Assembly (NCBI RefSeq): GCF_044704955.1
Contig: NC_091999.1
Span: 26,784,001 to 26,848,000, forward strand
Reading direction: 5' to 3'
From: Pristiophorus japonicus
Lineage: Eukaryota
DNA length: 64,000 bases
Made by a program: the position numbers and the translations under genes
The notes under the pieces: model-generated
What the model was told of the DNA's origin: nothing
Seen by the model: the letters and a program-made list of their open reading frames with translations, nothing else
The model's database searches: none
Shown here: positions 49,719 to 64,000 of the stretch, piece after piece
Layout: every line of letters starts with the position of its first letter
How positions within the stretch are numbered: position 1 is the first letter of the stretch

Positions 49719-50606
49719 TGAACTTAGTGACAATAATGATCCTGTCTCGACGAAGGTGCGGTCTCTCCAAGTGTGTCAGCCGTTACCTGGTGGCAATGGC
49801 AGCGGTGGATCTACTGGTCGTTATACTCGACCTGATATCCAGGCAGATTCCTATTCGTTATTAAACCGCTTTTGAGTTCATGTGGGCGATTAAAGTATGT
49901 AATATCCATGCCATCCTGCTTTACGCAGTCACAGACTGTTCCGTCTGGTTCACAGTTGATTTTACCTTTGATCGATGTATAGCCATTTGTTGTCAGAAGC
50001 TCAAGCCCAAATATTGCACCGAGAAAACGGTGACTGGGGTTGTGGGAACAGTGAGTGCGCTGTTCTGTGCAAAGAACACTTTCTGGTAGTTTATGTTTGG
50101 AGGTATGTATCAGATTTCCAATAATCCCTGGTTTTGTTTTGTTACATGGGATGTCTATGCGTCACTAGCATGGGCAGTAATTGAATTCCTTCATTATATT
50201 ATTACACCGTTTTTCCATTTGTTCTGATTCTTCTGCTCAATGCTTTAACTGTCAAACACTTTTAGTATCGAGCAGAGCTCGTAGGCGATTCCGGGCCCAC
50301 ATTAGTGGGGAGGGTCCCAGTGACCCAGAGATGGAGATGCGAAGGAAATCCATCATTTTACTCTTTGTTATATCCGGCAATTTTATCCTCTTGTGGGCAG
50401 TGTTTCTGTGCTCTTCTGTGGTTCATCGATTGTATTCGTTAAAATTTCTTTCTGCACATCTACCTGATTATATACAGGAATTGGGATTTATGCTTCAGCT
50501 CCTGAGTTGATGCATCAACACATGTATTTTTGCTGTGAAATTCAGAGAGGAGTTAAAGAATGTGGTGAAATATCCCTTTACTGTAATTTTTAAATGTATT
50601 AAATAA
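49719..50606 (+). pseudogene. GPR139-like exon 2 pseudogene without exon 1
   Basis: Paralog of 32800-33699; stops at 49862, 50087 and 50508, a frameshift near 50200, and a small deletion near 50535. Confidence 0.92.
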
Positions 50607-53342
50607 TAAGAATCACACAATATGTTGGGCGGGTGTTCTGCCCAATCCGCTCATCTCTGTGATACACACACAGTGAGGCCTGTTTTCATCATTCACCGCC
50701 CGGATTCAGCGACTAACAAAAGTGATAGAGGTGGGGAAGTCCACGGGTATCAGTACAGCTGGGCCCCTGCAGGTTTTAAGCCCGCTAAGACCTCTGGTGA
50801 GGCCTGGGACAGGTTTATAAAGCTCCCGACCGCCAGGCTCGGGTCTGATGTGGATACCCAAAGTCGTGGGGAATGTGTCTCTGTTACTGTACCGTCCACG
50901 GGCGGAAGGGCCGCTCAGTCCCAGCACTCCCAGGGAAACCACGGGAGAAATGGCCTGGGACCAAACAACAGCCAGGGAGGGAGGCTTTGAAAGGCTCAAA
51001 GGTCAGTGCTTTCAGCCTTTTACAGGCTCCTTGTGTTTTTATCCCAGTGGGGTTTAACCTGAGCAGCCCCAGCGCCTGCTGATAGCGACGAATCCTTCTT
51101 TCAGATAATCTACCTTTGGGATTAAAGGGTCTCCTGCAGACGGAGTATGTCCCAGTGACATTCACCACTGTAACGTTCCTTTGTAAATCTGCCTGAACAA
51201 TGCAGTGATCTGCAGGATGAAGTGATCCTCGCAAATTGAACTCAGCTCCTCCTCACTCTCTGTAAATTCTCCTTGCTAAACATAGCCCATAATATACAAT
51301 GTTCAAAGAGGGTGGAAACGAGTTTGTTGCTAGGTATTGCTGTACCTGTGAAGCAATACAGCGGTGAAACCCCCATGACACTGTGCCTGAGCATTGTGAC
51401 ATCACAGACCTGCCCTTCTGACCAAGCCCTGGTCTGTGGTTGACCCACAATCGCATTTCAGACATCCCTTCTCCTTCACCCATCACCTTACATAGAGTTA
51501 CTTAACGTCTGCAACATAGAAAGAGGTAATTTGGTGGCCACGGCTGCACGTTGGTCTGAGCCTGTTTCTTGTGGTTTCCCTGGGGGCTCGTGGAGTCAGC
51601 AGCCCGACTGCCTGTAGACTGCAAATTTATAGAGCGACCTTCCCCACCCCGTCCCCTTTCGGCCCAGCACACCATGCCAGAGTTTACTCCATCACCACAT
51701 CCTTTTCTTAAACGGAGGGCACAAAGAGAGTGTTAAACTTGGGAATGGGGAGCGAGTGGGATTCAATGGTAAGTCCTGGGTGAGTCTGGCTGAGTATTAG
51801 CTGTAAGAAGGGAAATTTAGTTTAACGTTTTGAATTGAACTTAGAACTTTAACTAATGTAGTTAGCAGAAACTGCCTGTTAGTGGTAGTTAAATATCAGT
51901 CAGCTGTAAGTGTGAGTCTTCAATATGTGCTAATTACTGCGAGCAATGGGCATGGAGCTGAGACAACTTGTGTGTGGGTCCAAAGGTAAGAATAAACACG
52001 AACTGCTGATGCACAGTGTGTTCAGCACAGTGATATTAAACGGAATTTGGAGAGAATTGGAATGGGAACAGTGGTGGAAGGAGGTGCTGCTTTGGTCTCC
52101 AAAATACAGCAGGTAGATGAATGTTTGGTGAGTATTGCCTTTTTCACGAAGCTTGGTCTAAACTAAGACCTGGGAGCAATAACAACACTTAATTAAATTA
52201 ATAATTTAACTATATAACCTAATTAATTAATAGAATTATAAATAACCGTTTGAATAAAAACTAACTATTTAAATTAATTCAGTGTGTAAATAAGCAAATA
52301 TATTTTTAAAAAATAACTAAAGATTGCAGGGTAGGAAATGAGTCAAGACTGCAGTGTGTGAGAGTTTGTGGACAGCAAATCTGTCCCGCATTTCCACATC
52401 TGAAGGAAATGTCTCTGCTTTATTCTCTCTGGCTCAGGGTAATTGGGCTGGAGCGCGAGTTCGACACATTCTGAAACACACAGGAGAAGTGATTTCTGGA
52501 TAGTTTAATCCAGAAAACAGTCACACACCACAGAAAAGCGCAGGTTCAGGAAAGTCCGTGGCTGGTTGGGTGCCATGTAGCGAGAACTGAGGAGAGGCTG
52601 AGAATGAGACACTGCTCCTATCCAACAGGTAAGATATACTCGTTACCTTTAACGAGAAGGATACAGATTGAGTGGAGGACAGCCACAATACATACCAAGG
52701 TACGTGGCTCAGAAGGTTGTCCACAGGCAGAGATAGGTAGAAATATTAAACAATTACTTTGCATCAGTATTTATCAGGGAGACAAAAAGGTGGACATGAC
52801 ATCGGATGATATTAGAAATGAAATAACTGCGTTTAATAAGAACAAAAGGAAAATATTATTTAAACTAATCAAACCGAAAAAGGATAAAATGCTTGCTTCG
52901 GACGAATTACATCTTGGGAAGAGATAGCAGAGGCATTAATAAACATATTTAATATTTCGTTAGAATAAGGTGCAGTGCCGGAGGATTGGCAGATACCTAA
53001 TGTAATACCTATTTTTAAGAAGGGAGATGGAACGTGTCTGAGGAACTATAGCCCAGTCAACTTAACTTCGTTCGTAGGAAAAATAATGGAATCCCTACTA
53101 AAGGAGAAAGTTAAAGAGCAACTAGAAACCAAAAATGAATAGTCAGCATGGATTATAAAAGGGAAAGTCTTGAATTGACCAAATTCTTAGAATTTTTCGA
53201 AGAAGTAACAGATAGCGTAAACTAACGGAATGTAGTAAATGTAATTTATCTAGATTTTCCAAAGGCCTTCGATAAGATACCCCATAATCGACTGAAAGGG
53301 CAGATCACAAATCGTAATTACAATTAATAATAATAATTGGGA

Positions 53343-55746
53343 TGTTTTGAAATGGAGTTAACAGATTTTTAAATGGATCCCACAGCCTGATTTTCAGACT
53401 GTGAAAAGCATGTGTGAGATGCCTTCCGCACAGGGTCAGATGTTCCAATTCATAGACCAAAGGTCTTGGGAGCTGGGCACAGACACAGATAACATAGGAT
53501 TTGAATTCTATAACAAAATACAAGTTAAATAAAAAGAATCATAACAACATGTATCCTGAATTACCAATTAAACATATAGAGGCCAGATTGGAGGAAGCAA
53601 CCTACCAGATAATCATGTATTAATTAATCAGCACGTATTAATTGCAACTTGCGTAATTACGTAATGCTATAATCTGAAACTGTATAAAATAAGATGTCTC
53701 TGGCAGTTTCTCTGAGCATTCCTTCAAGGATAGCTCCCCTGTTGGCTTGTATCTTTTATTAATAAAAATTGCATTTACTTTAAGGCTAACGGACTCCGAG
53801 TGCTGGTTTGAAGTTAACCCTAACAAGTTGGCGCAGTCAGCAGGATCTACTGGACGGGCAGATTAGACTCAAAAAGCCCACCAACCTAACAACGAGTTAG
53901 TAGATAATTACCTTGAGGAATTTCTCTCGCAAAGTAACCAGATCCAACGAATCTGAAGCAGAGTCTGTGCAGCCAGTAAATCCAGTTGAGGGGTGCGTCA
54001 GGACAAAATAAGTAAATACATGTGTCGGGAGAATAAGTACGTATACGGGATATCGGGGTAAAAGCCTCGGTGTAAATAGTTCCGCTTAAGTAAAGATGGT
54101 AAAACAGGGGGAACTGGGGATAAAGCCCCTGTGTAAGAAATGGCAAAGGAATCTGCCAAGGCATTTGGAGGGGTGAGGTATAAACCACCAGAAGAGTTTC
54201 TGAGAGATAAATCTGAAAAGGTTAAGAAGATGGTTAAGGCAGGATATGATGAAGCGAAAAAGAGTAGTTTAACTGCCGGAAAGATGAAAAAAAATACCCG
54301 AAGGTGAGATGGACAGAAAAAGTTACAAAAGAAAAGAGGATGTAAGTATAAAAATAGATATAGATGACAGAAGGGAATGGACAGAGGAATTTGGCCCAAA
54401 TTTGTATCCCCACACTAACAGGGTTATGATTAGGAGCAGAGGAAAATAAAGGATTCATTGGGGGCCAGAAGACTAGCTTAGTAGATATTTTTCCGAAGAC
54501 CATAATAAAAACTGTTACTGACTACCTTAAGTGAAGTATGGATCCGAAATTAGAGCCGGCCAAACAATAAGCTTTGTTGAATGAAGAGAGCATTTTGTGA
54601 ATGTCTGTCTTTGAATGAAAGTGATTGTGTGATTTTTGACTGCGGAATATTTGAGGTGGGAATTAATGAATTTTTCATGTGTCTGAAAGCCTGCTTCAGA
54701 AAGTGGTGGAGCTGTCTGCTGTTTTGGCTCCACCCACTTTTTCAGACAGAGTGAAAGTTTTTTTTAACCCTTTGCAGTGTTGTCCTGTATGAGGGAAGTT
54801 TTAAGAAAGTATGAACCTAGAATTGAATTACATTTTAATTTAGAAACCCAGTTGTGGATTTATTCGGAAGATATGTTCTGGAGCTAGGAAATGCACAAAG
54901 GATAGATTTGTTAAGCAAAAGATAAAAAATGCATGTTGGTTTAAAAAAAAATTACTGGGGAAGTACGCCCCATATTCCTTTGTGTAAACACTTGATGCAA
55001 AATCTTCTAGCTCAGTAAAAGTATTTTTAAATAAATTGTGTAAAAAATGTTACCTGAATATTGTAAACCAGGGGAATAAACCTTGGGAAATTGCGTGGTA
55101 GTTATGCGTGGTAGTTAAACCTGGAACTGAAGTAATGTTGTTATTTGACAATGTCCAGCATGAAATGTGACCTGTGAGCATAAATTCAACAGCCAGAAAA
55201 AATTAGTCACAAGACTAAAGCATTGTAAACATGATTGCTAGACACAATCCTGAGAATAGCTAGTGACACATCAGGAGCAAGGGAGTAACACAAGCAGCTG
55301 AGACACAAAGAAGGAAGAAAGAGGACGTCTATAGTAAATGACGTATTAACTGTACAGGGACATCTCTAGTAGGTGCACCAGATATACAGGCGATCCAGGC
55401 AAGTGTAGATAGTTTGAGGGGAACAACGGATTTACTAATCAGGAAACAGACCAGGATTGGGATAGAATCTTCACAGTTAGGATCCAAAACATCCAAAAAA
55501 ATGCTACAGGGTGTATCCGTATTGGAAGGCCATGCACGAACAATTAACGAGCTAAATAAGCAGGAATTGAGAGGACGATGCCGAGGACAGGAAAAGAGAC
55601 ACATGTCATGCCTATGGGAGGTGGATGATTGGTCAGGTGAGACACAATATGGATCAGGTACAAACCGGGCGAGTTACAGATTCAATAAATAGCACCCAGT
55701 TAAAAGAAATGGCACAGCACACTGGGCCATTAGATGCATGCACCTT
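53343..55746 (+). mobile_element. ERV family B, duplicated copy (LTR 53343-53825, PBS 53829-53846, RT remnant deleted, env remnant ~55310-55720)
   Basis: Colinear with 36452-40266; ORF 55414-55692 contains LEGHARTINEL. Confidence 0.8.
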
Positions 55747-58700
55747 GAAACATAGAAACATAGAAAAATAGAAAAAGGTTGCAGGAATAGACCATTCGCC
55801 CCTTCGAGCCTGGACCAACATTCAATAAGATCATGTCTGATCATTCACCTCAGTACCCCTTTCCAGCTTTCGCTCCACACCCGTTGATCCCATTAACTTA
55901 AGGGCCATATCCAACTCCCTCTTGAATATATCTGATGAACTGGCATCAACAACGTTCTGCGGAAGAGAATTCCACAGGTTAACAACTCTCTGAGTGAAGA
56001 AGTTTCTCCTCATCTCGGTCCTAATTGGCTTATCCCTTGTCCTCAGACTGTGACCACTGGTTCTGGACTTCCCCAACATCGGGAACATTCTTCGTGCATC
56101 TAAACTGCCCAGTCCCGTCAGAATGTTTCTGAGGTCCCCTCTCATTCTTCTAAACACCAGTGAATACAGACCCAGTCGATCCTAACTCTCCTCATATGTC
56201 AGTCCTCCCATCCCGGAAATCAGTCTGGTGAACCTTTGCTGCACTCCCTCAATAGCAAGAACGTCCTTCCTCAGATTAGAACAAAACTGAACACAGTATT
56301 CCAGGTGAGGCCTCACCAAGGCCCAGTACAGCTGCTCTATTCAAATCCCCAAGATATGAGGCCAACATGCTCTTTGCCTTCTTTCTGTCTGCTGCACCTG
56401 CATGACAACCTTCAATGACTGATGTACCATGACACCCGGATCTCGTTGCACCTCCCCTTTTCCTCATCTGCCGCCATTCAAATAATATTCTGACTTCGTG
56501 TTTCTGCCACCAAAGTGCATAACCTCACATTTATCCACATTACACTGCATCTGCCATGCAATTGGCCGCTCACCTAACCTGTCCAAATCACCCTGCAGCC
56601 TCTTAGCATCCTCTTCACATTTCATACCGCCATCCAGTATAATATCATCTGCAAACTTGGAGATATTATACAAAATTCCTTCATCTAAATCATTGATGTA
56701 TATTGTAAATTGCTGGCGTCCCAGCACTGAGCCCTGCGGCATCCAACTAGTCACTGCCTGCCATTATGAAAATAACCCGTTTATCCCGACTCTCTGCTTC
56801 CTGTCTGCCAACGAGTTCTCTATCCACGTCAATACATTACCCCCAATACCATGTGCTTTAATTTTGCACACCAACCTCTTGTGTGGGACCTTGTCAAAAG
56901 TATTTTGCTAGTTCCACTACACCATATCCACTGGTTCTCCCTTGTCGATTCTACTAGTTACATCCTCACACAATTCTAGAAGATTTGTCAAGCTTCATTT
57001 TCCATTCATAAATCCATGCTGACTTGGACCAATCCTGTCACTGCTTTCCAAATGGGCTGCTATTTCATCTTTAAAAATGAATTACAACATTTTACCCACC
57101 ACTAATGTCAGGCTAACTGGTCTATAAGTACCCGTTTTCTCTCTCCCTCCTTTTTCAAAATGTGGTGTTACATTAACTACCCTCCAGTCCATACACACTG
57201 ATCGAGAATCGATGCACTGTTAGAAAATAATCACCAATGCATTCACTATTTCTAGGGCCACTTCCTTAAGTAATCTGGGATGCAGACCATCAGGCCCCGC
57301 GGATTTATCGGCCTTTAGTCCCATCAATTTCCCTAACTCAATTTCCCACAAATAATGATTTTCTTCAGTTCCTCCTTCTCACTAGCCCCTCGGTCAGGTA
57401 GCATTTCCAAAAGATTATGCGCGTCTTCCTTCGTGAAGGCAGAACCAAAGTATTTGTTCAACTGGTCTACCATTTCTTTGTTCCCTATTATAAATTCACC
57501 TGAATCTGACTGCAAGGGACCTACGTTTGCCTTCACTACTCTTTTTCTCTTCACATAATTATAGAAGTGTTTATGTTCCCAGCATGCTTCCTCTCATACT
57601 CTATTTTCCCCCTCCTAATTAAACCCTTTGTCCTCCTCTGCTGAATTCTAAATTTCTCCCCGTCCTCGGTTCGATGCTTTTTCTGACCAATTTATATGCC
57701 TCTTCCTTGGATTTCCCTTGTTAGCCACGGTTGACCCACCTTCCCCATTTTATTTTTACTCCAGACAGGGATGTCCAATTGTTGAAGATCATCCATGTGA
57801 TCTTTATATGTTTTCCATTGCCTATCTGCCGTCAACCCTTTATGTATCATTTCCCTGTCTATGCTAGCCAATTCATGTCTCATACCATCGAAGTTACCTT
57901 TCCTTAAGTTCAGGACCCCAGTCTCAGAATTAATTGTTTCACTCTCCACCTTAACAAAGAATTCCAGCTTATTGTGGTTACCCTTCCCCAAGGGGCCTCG
58001 CACAACAAGATTGTTAATTAGTCCTTTCTCATTACACATCAAGCAGTCGAGTATGGCCAGCCCTCTAGATGGTCCATCGACTTATTGGTCGAGAAAACCA
58101 TCCCTAATACACGCCAGCAAATCCTTCTCCACCGTATTACTACCAGTTTGGTTAGCCCAATCTATGTGTAGATTAAAGTCGCCCATGATAAGTGATGTAC
58201 CTTTATTGCACACATCCCTACTTTCTTGTTGGATGCTGTCAGCAAACTCACTTCAATTGTTTGGTGGTACACAACTCCCACTAGCGTTTTTTTCCCTTTG
58301 ATATTCCACAGATCCACCCACGTAGAATCCACGCGAATGTCCTTCCTGACTATTGCATTAATTTCCTCTTCAACCAGCAATGCCACCCCACCTCCTTTTC
58401 CTTTGTCTCTATCCTTCCTGACTGGTGAAGACCCCTGGATTTTGCGTTCCCGGCCTTCGTCACCCTGGATCCATTTCTCCGTGATGCCAATTACATCATA
58501 TTCATTAATTGCTGCCTGTGCAGTTAATTTGTCCACCTTATTACGAATACTCCTCGCATTGAGGCACAGTGCCTTCAGGCTTGTTATCTTAACACACCTT
58601 GTCCCTTTAGAAGTTTGCTGCAATGTGGCCCTTTTTGATTTTTTCCTTTGGGTTTCTCTGCCCTCCACCCTTACTTTTCTGCCCCCAAAGGTTCCCATCC

Positions 58701-58990
58701 CGCTGCCATATCAGGTTAACCCCTCCCCAACAACACGAGCAAATTCTCCCTCGTGGACATTGGTTCTGCTGAGGTGCAGACTGTCCGGTTTGCACAGGTC
58801 CCAGCTCCGCCAGAACAGTTCCAATGTCCCAAGAAATTGAATCCCTCCCTACTGCAACACACATTCATCTGAACTATCCTGCGATTTCTACTCTGAAAAG
58901 TGGTAGCTATCCCTGAGATTGCTACCTTTGAGGTCCGATTTGTTAATTTAGCTCCCAGCTCCCTTAATTCAGCTTCTAATTCCTCAGACA
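55747..58990 (-). mobile_element. Long CR1, paralog of 40267-43500
   Basis: Same junctions and motifs. Confidence 0.95.
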
Positions 58991-59169
58991 CAGAGAGTCA
59001 GACTCAAACACATAAAGAGCACTCTAAAGACAGAGAGTGAGAGGCACAGATACATTGCACAATCCCATTTGTTTGAAAGTTACAAAGTTATCGATAAATG
59101 CAGATTCAACAGAATAGATTCGGGTATAACTGAGCAAGATGGGAGGAAATCGGTTTGAATTTAAAGATG

Positions 59170-59241
59170 TACCAGAAGTGGGGTTCGAACCCACGCAGGT
59201 ATAAACCCATCGGAATGCCTTAACAACTCGGCCATCCTGGT
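59170..59241 (-). pseudogene. tRNA-Leu pseudogene lacking anticodon loop (paralog of 43683-43754)
   Basis: Same deletion as the unit A copy. Confidence 0.85.
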
Positions 59242-59680
59242 TTTGTCAATATTCGGATTTTGTCTCTGTGAGAATCTCGGCTGCAGCTCCACTCTCACCG
59301 ACACAGGTTTTCAATGAGCATTTTCGAATATTTATAGTAATATTGACACAGGGGCAACTCTCCTGTTCTTTTTCGAGTAATGCTCTGGGAACTTTCATAT
59401 CCACCCGAGGGTGCAGACGGAGCTTCAATTTAACATTTTATCCGAAAGTCAACATCTTCAACAATGCAAAATCCCCCAAGTACTGCATTTGAGTGTCAGC
59501 CAAGATTATATGCTCAAGTCTCAGGAGTGGGACTTACACACACAACCTCCTTATTCAGCCGAGAATGCTGCCACTGAACCAAAGCCGATACCAAAGTTCA
59601 CATCCGTATTATTTTCCCCAAGTCTTTTTATAAAGTTTCAGGACATACAGAAGTAATATTCAACATTTTAAAAAAGCTTC

Positions 59681-59752
59681 ATCCTCGTCGGGGAATTGAA
59701 CGCCAACCTCGCGCGTGACAGAGAGGGATATTAACTAAGAAACGAATGAGGA
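59681..59752 (-). pseudogene. tRNA-Asp(GTC) pseudogene (paralog of 44194-44264)
   Basis: Reverse complement contains CTGTCACGCG and GTTCAATTCCCCGACGAGGA. Confidence 0.75.
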
Positions 59753-60499
59753 GCTGACGGGTGTGGATTCTGTCAGTGCAGGAATCGAGCTGAGAACAGA
59801 AATGGACACCATGAGAAGTAGACAGGCACATTGAGAAACAGAGACAAACCGACAAACAGGGAGAGACAGACAGCAAGATAGAGACAACGTGAGACAGAAA
59901 GTGTGAGACTGAGAAGGAGAGGCAGACTGAGTGAGAAAAAGACACAAACACACACACATACAGATATAAAGAGAGAGAGGGAAACAGTGAGAGAAAGACA
60001 GTGATAAAGACAGTAACAAGGCGAGAGACAGATGAAGAGTGAGCGACAGATAGAGAGATATACAGAGATATAAACAGAAAATGATGAAAATACTCAGCAG
60101 GTTAGAGACAGGAACTAACAGAGACAGGCAAATAGAGACAGTCAGGTCGAGACAGAGATGATGGGAATGAGAGAGACAGTCAGACAGAGAGACTGAGAGA
60201 ATCCCACTGGAACAGAACTGGACATCGTGAGAAAGAGACAGACACGTTGAGAGACAGACAAACAGGGAAACATGGAGAGACAGACAGCGAGATAGAGGCA
60301 AAGAGAGACAGAAAGTTTGAGACTGAGTGGGAGGGTCAGACTGAATGAGAAAATGACTCCAACACATACATACACAGAGATGTGTTTGTGTGCTCCATAA
60401 GGAGAAGGAGGCAAATATGATGCAATGACAGAGACAAAGACAGGGACAAAGAAATAGACAAAGAGGGAGACAGATAGAGAGAAAGACAGATAGAGACAA

Positions 60500-62229
60500 T
60501 AATTCGGTTCTGTCTTTACAAAGGAAGATACAAAAAACCTTCCGAATGTACGAGGGGACTGTGCGTCTCGTGAGAATGAGGAACTGAAAAATATCCTTAT
60601 TGGCGGGAAATTGTGTTGGAGAAATTGTTGGGATTAAAAGCCAATAAATGCCCGGCTCCTGATAGTCTGCATCCCAGAGTACTTAAGGAAGTGGCCCTAG
60701 AAATAGTGGATGCATTGGTGATCATTTTCCAACAATCTATCGACTCTGGATCAGTTCCTATGGACTAGAGGGTAGCTAATGTGATGGCACTTTTTAAAAA
60801 AGGAGGGAGAGAGAAAGCAGCTAATTATAGACCGGTTAGCCGGACATCAGTCGTGGGGAAAATATTGGAATCAATCATTAAGGATGAAATAGCAGCCCAT
60901 TTGGAAAGCAGTGACAGGATCGGACCGAGTCAGCATGGATTTATGAATGTTAAATCATGCTTGACGAATGTTCTGGAATTTTTTGAGGATGGAATGAGTA
61001 GAGTGGACAAGGGAGAACCAGTGGATGTGGTGTATTTGGACTTTCAATAGGCTTTTGACAAGGTCCCACACGAGAGATTGGTGCACAAAATCAAAGCGCA
61101 TGGTATTGGGATTAATGTACTGACATGGATAGAGAACTGGTTGGCAGACAGGATGCAGAGAATCGGGATAAACGGGTCCTTTTCAAACTGGCAGGAAGTG
61201 ACTAGTGGGGTGCCGCAGGGCTCAGTGCTGGGACTCCAGCTCTTTACAATATACATGAACGATTTGGTTGAAGGAATAGAGTGTAATATCTCCAAGTTTG
61301 CGGATGACACTAAACTGGGTGGCGGTCCGAGCTGTGAGGAGGACGCTAAGAGGCTGCAGGGTGAATTGGACAGATTAGGTGAGTGGGCAAATACATGGCA
61401 GATGCAGTATAATGTGGATAAATGTGAGGTTATCCATTTTGGGGGCAACAACACGAAGGCAGAATATTATCTGAATGGCGGAAAACTAGAAAAAGGGGAG
61501 GTGCAGTGAGACCTTGGTGTTATGGTTCATCAGTCACTGAAAGTGGGCATGCAGGTACAGCAGGCGGTAAAGAAGGCAAATGGTATATTGGCCTTCGTAG
61601 CTAGAGGATTTGAATATAGGAGCCAGGAGATCTTACTGCAGTTGTACAAGGCCTTCGTGAGGACACACCTGGAATATTGTGTTCAGTTTTGGTCTCCTAG
61701 TCTGAGGAAGGACGTTCTTGCTGTTAAGGGAGTGCAGCGAAGGTTCACCAGACTGATTCCAGGGATGGCAGGACTGTCATATGAGGAGAGATTGGATCAA
61801 CTAGGCCTTTAATCACTGGCGTTTAGATTGATGAGAGGGGATCTCATAGAATCATATAAGATTCTGACGGGACTGCACAGGTTAGATTCGGGAAGAATGT
61901 TCTCGATGTTGGGGAAGCCAGAACCAGGGGACATAATCTTAGGATAAGGGGTAGGCCATTTAGCAGTGAGATGAGGAGAAACTTCTTCACTCAGAGAGTT
62001 GTTGACCTGTGGAATTCCCTGCCACAGAGAGTTGTTGAAGCCAGTTCATTGGATATATTCAAGAGGGAGTTAGATATGGTCCTTACGGTTAAGTGGATGA
62101 AGTGGGATGGAGAGGAAAACAGGAAAGGGTAACTGAAATAATGATCAGCCATAATAATATTGAATGTCGGTGCAGGCTCGAAGGGCCTAATGGCCTACTC
62201 CTGCAGTTATTTTCTATGTTTCTATGTTT
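60500..62229 (+). mobile_element. 5'-truncated CR1, paralog of 44735-46419
   Basis: Shares the YLDFQ* stop with the unit A copy. Confidence 0.95.
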
Positions 62230-62658
62230 CAAAAACAGAAAATGATGCAAATACTCATCAGATTAGAGACGGGGACAAAATGAGACAGGCAAAGACACGG
62301 ACAGGGAGGATGGGAAAGAGAGAGACAGTCAGACAGAGAGTCTGAGAGGATCCCATTGGAACAGAACTGGACACCGTGAGAAAGAGACAGATTGAGAGAC
62401 AGAGACAAACAGAGAACCAGGCACAGACAGTGTGAGTCAGAGAGAGGCAGACTGAGGGAGACAAAGGCTCAAGCACACAAACACATATACAGCTCTCTAA
62501 AGAGAGAAAGGCAGAGACTGAGATACACAGCTACATTTCACAATTTCATTTCATGATCGACTTAGATTGTCACAGAGTTACAGAAAATTGCAGATTCAAC
62601 AGATGAAAATCACGTATCACTGGGCAGGATGGGAAAAATCTCTGTTAAATTAAAGTGA

Positions 62659-62740
62659 TTCTAGGATTGGGGTAAGGATCCACGCGGGAAAAACCCATTG
62701 AATTTTATGGCCAACGCTGTATCCACTCGCCCATCCTGGT
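62659..62740 (-). pseudogene. tRNA-Leu(TAA) pseudogene (paralog of 46838-46919)
   Basis: Anticodon loop CATAAAA; B-box disrupted. Confidence 0.75.
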
Positions 62741-63274
62741 CTTTGTAGCGTTTGGATTCTGTCTCTGTGAGAATATGGCCTTCAGCTCCACCCCCACAGC
62801 AACACACACACATACACATCGGGTTTCAGTGAGCATTTACGAAAATTTTTAGTAATATTGACACGGGCGCAACTCTCCTAATCTTTTTCGTGTAATGCTC
62901 TGGGAACTTTCACATCCAGCCGAGGTTGCAGACGGAGCTTCAATTTAACATTTCAGCCGATTGTCAACAGCTTCTACAATGGAAAATTCCACAAACACTG
63001 CATTTGAGTGTCAGCAAAGATTATCTGCTCAAGTCTCAGGAGTGGGACTTACACACACAACCTCCCGATTCAGTCGAGAATAGAACCAATGAACCAAGGC
63101 CGATACCAACGATCACAACCGTATTATTTTCCCCAAGTTTTTAAAAAATTTCCAGGACATACCACATTCATGGTGATGATTTGCATCGACAGTTGCACAT
63201 ACACAGAGACATACATATAGATAGACATACCCAGACACACACACACACACAATAACCAAAAATATACACGCGTC

Positions 63275-64000
63275 AACATAGAAACATAGAAACTAAAAAT
63301 TAGTTGCAGGAGCAGGCCATTCGGCCCTTCGAGCCTGCACCAACATTATTTAAGATCATGGCTGATTATTCAACCTCAGTACCCATTTCCTGTTTTCTCT
63401 CCATATCCCTTGAACCCTTGAGTCGTAAGGGCCATATCTAACTCCCTCTTAAATATATCTAACTAACTGGCCTCAACAACTTTCTGCGGTGGAGAATTCA
63501 ACAGGTTAACCACTCTCTGAGTGAAGACGTTTCTCCTCATCTCGGTCCTAAATGGCTTACCCCTTATTCTTAGACTGTGACCTCTGGTTCTCGAACTCCC
63601 CAGTAACGGAAGCATTCTTCCTGCCTCTCACTTGTCAAATTTCGTCAGAATTGTATTTGTTTCTATGAGATCCCCTCTCATACTTCTAAACTCCAGTGGA
63701 TACCAGCCCAGTTGATCCAGTCTCTGCACATATGTCAGTCCTGCCATCCCGGGAATCATGCTGGTGAACCTTCGCTGTACTCCCTCAATAGCAAGGACGT
63801 CCTTCCTCAGATTCGGAGACCAAAACTGAACACAATATTCCAGGAGTGGCCTCACCAAGGCCCTGTACAACTGCAGTAAAACCTCGCTACTCCTATATTC
63901 AAATCCCCTCGCTATGAAGGCGAACATGCCATTTGCATTCTTCACCGCCTGCTGCACCTGCACACCAACTTTCAATGACTGATGTACCATGACACCCAGA
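63275..64000 (-). mobile_element. 5'-truncated CR1, paralog of 47452-48180
   Basis: ORF 63628-63990; AACATAGAAACATAG tail. Confidence 0.95.

Larger units (their letters stand above)
49304..64000 (+). repeat. Segmental duplication unit B (runs off the window)
   Basis: Colinear copy of 32300-48180 with private indels. Confidence 0.95.

Noticed and set aside
58226-58840. 204-aa ORF and similar ORFs (3512-4096, 42755-43246, 61044-61454)
   Set aside because: Antisense shadows of CR1 ORF2
59735-60499. 254-aa hydrophobic ORF that looks like a membrane protein (also 44247-44729)
   Set aside because: Antisense of GA/GACA microsatellite; frame not conserved between duplicates

Overview
Repeat-dense vertebrate genomic DNA, most likely from a cartilaginous fish (shark). 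The evidence is CR1-type LINEs with (CTATGTTT)n tails and SGNH-esterase ORF1, Deu-domain SINEs, and two-exon GPR139-like GPCR genes. No fully intact host gene is present. Main contents: (i) about 15 CR1 fragments, plus L2, Tx1, Harbinger-Myb and SINE remnants and several minisatellites. (ii) A decayed 5'-truncated endogenous retrovirus (about 20.7-27.7 kb) with a gag zinc knuckle, protease remnant, RT, tether, RNase H, integrase, env and 3' LTR. Its env looks like a paramyxo/pneumovirus-F-type fusogen rather than a classical retroviral Env, i.e. lokiretrovirus-like. (iii) A second, distinct element with a homologous env, a 5' LTR and a tRNA-Ser PBS (36.5-40.3 kb, duplicated at 53.3-55.7 kb). 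(iv) A GPR139-like receptor cluster: an orphan first exon at 13.5 kb, a two-exon gene at 30.9-33.7 kb with one frameshift, and a dead exon-2 copy at 49.7-50.6 kb. (v) A roughly 16-17 kb tandem segmental duplication (32.3-48.2 kb and 49.3-64 kb) carrying GPCR, ERV, CR1 and decayed tRNA-Leu/Asp modules, joined through a Tx1 LINE fragment. All family assignments come from motifs read by eye; no database searches were run.
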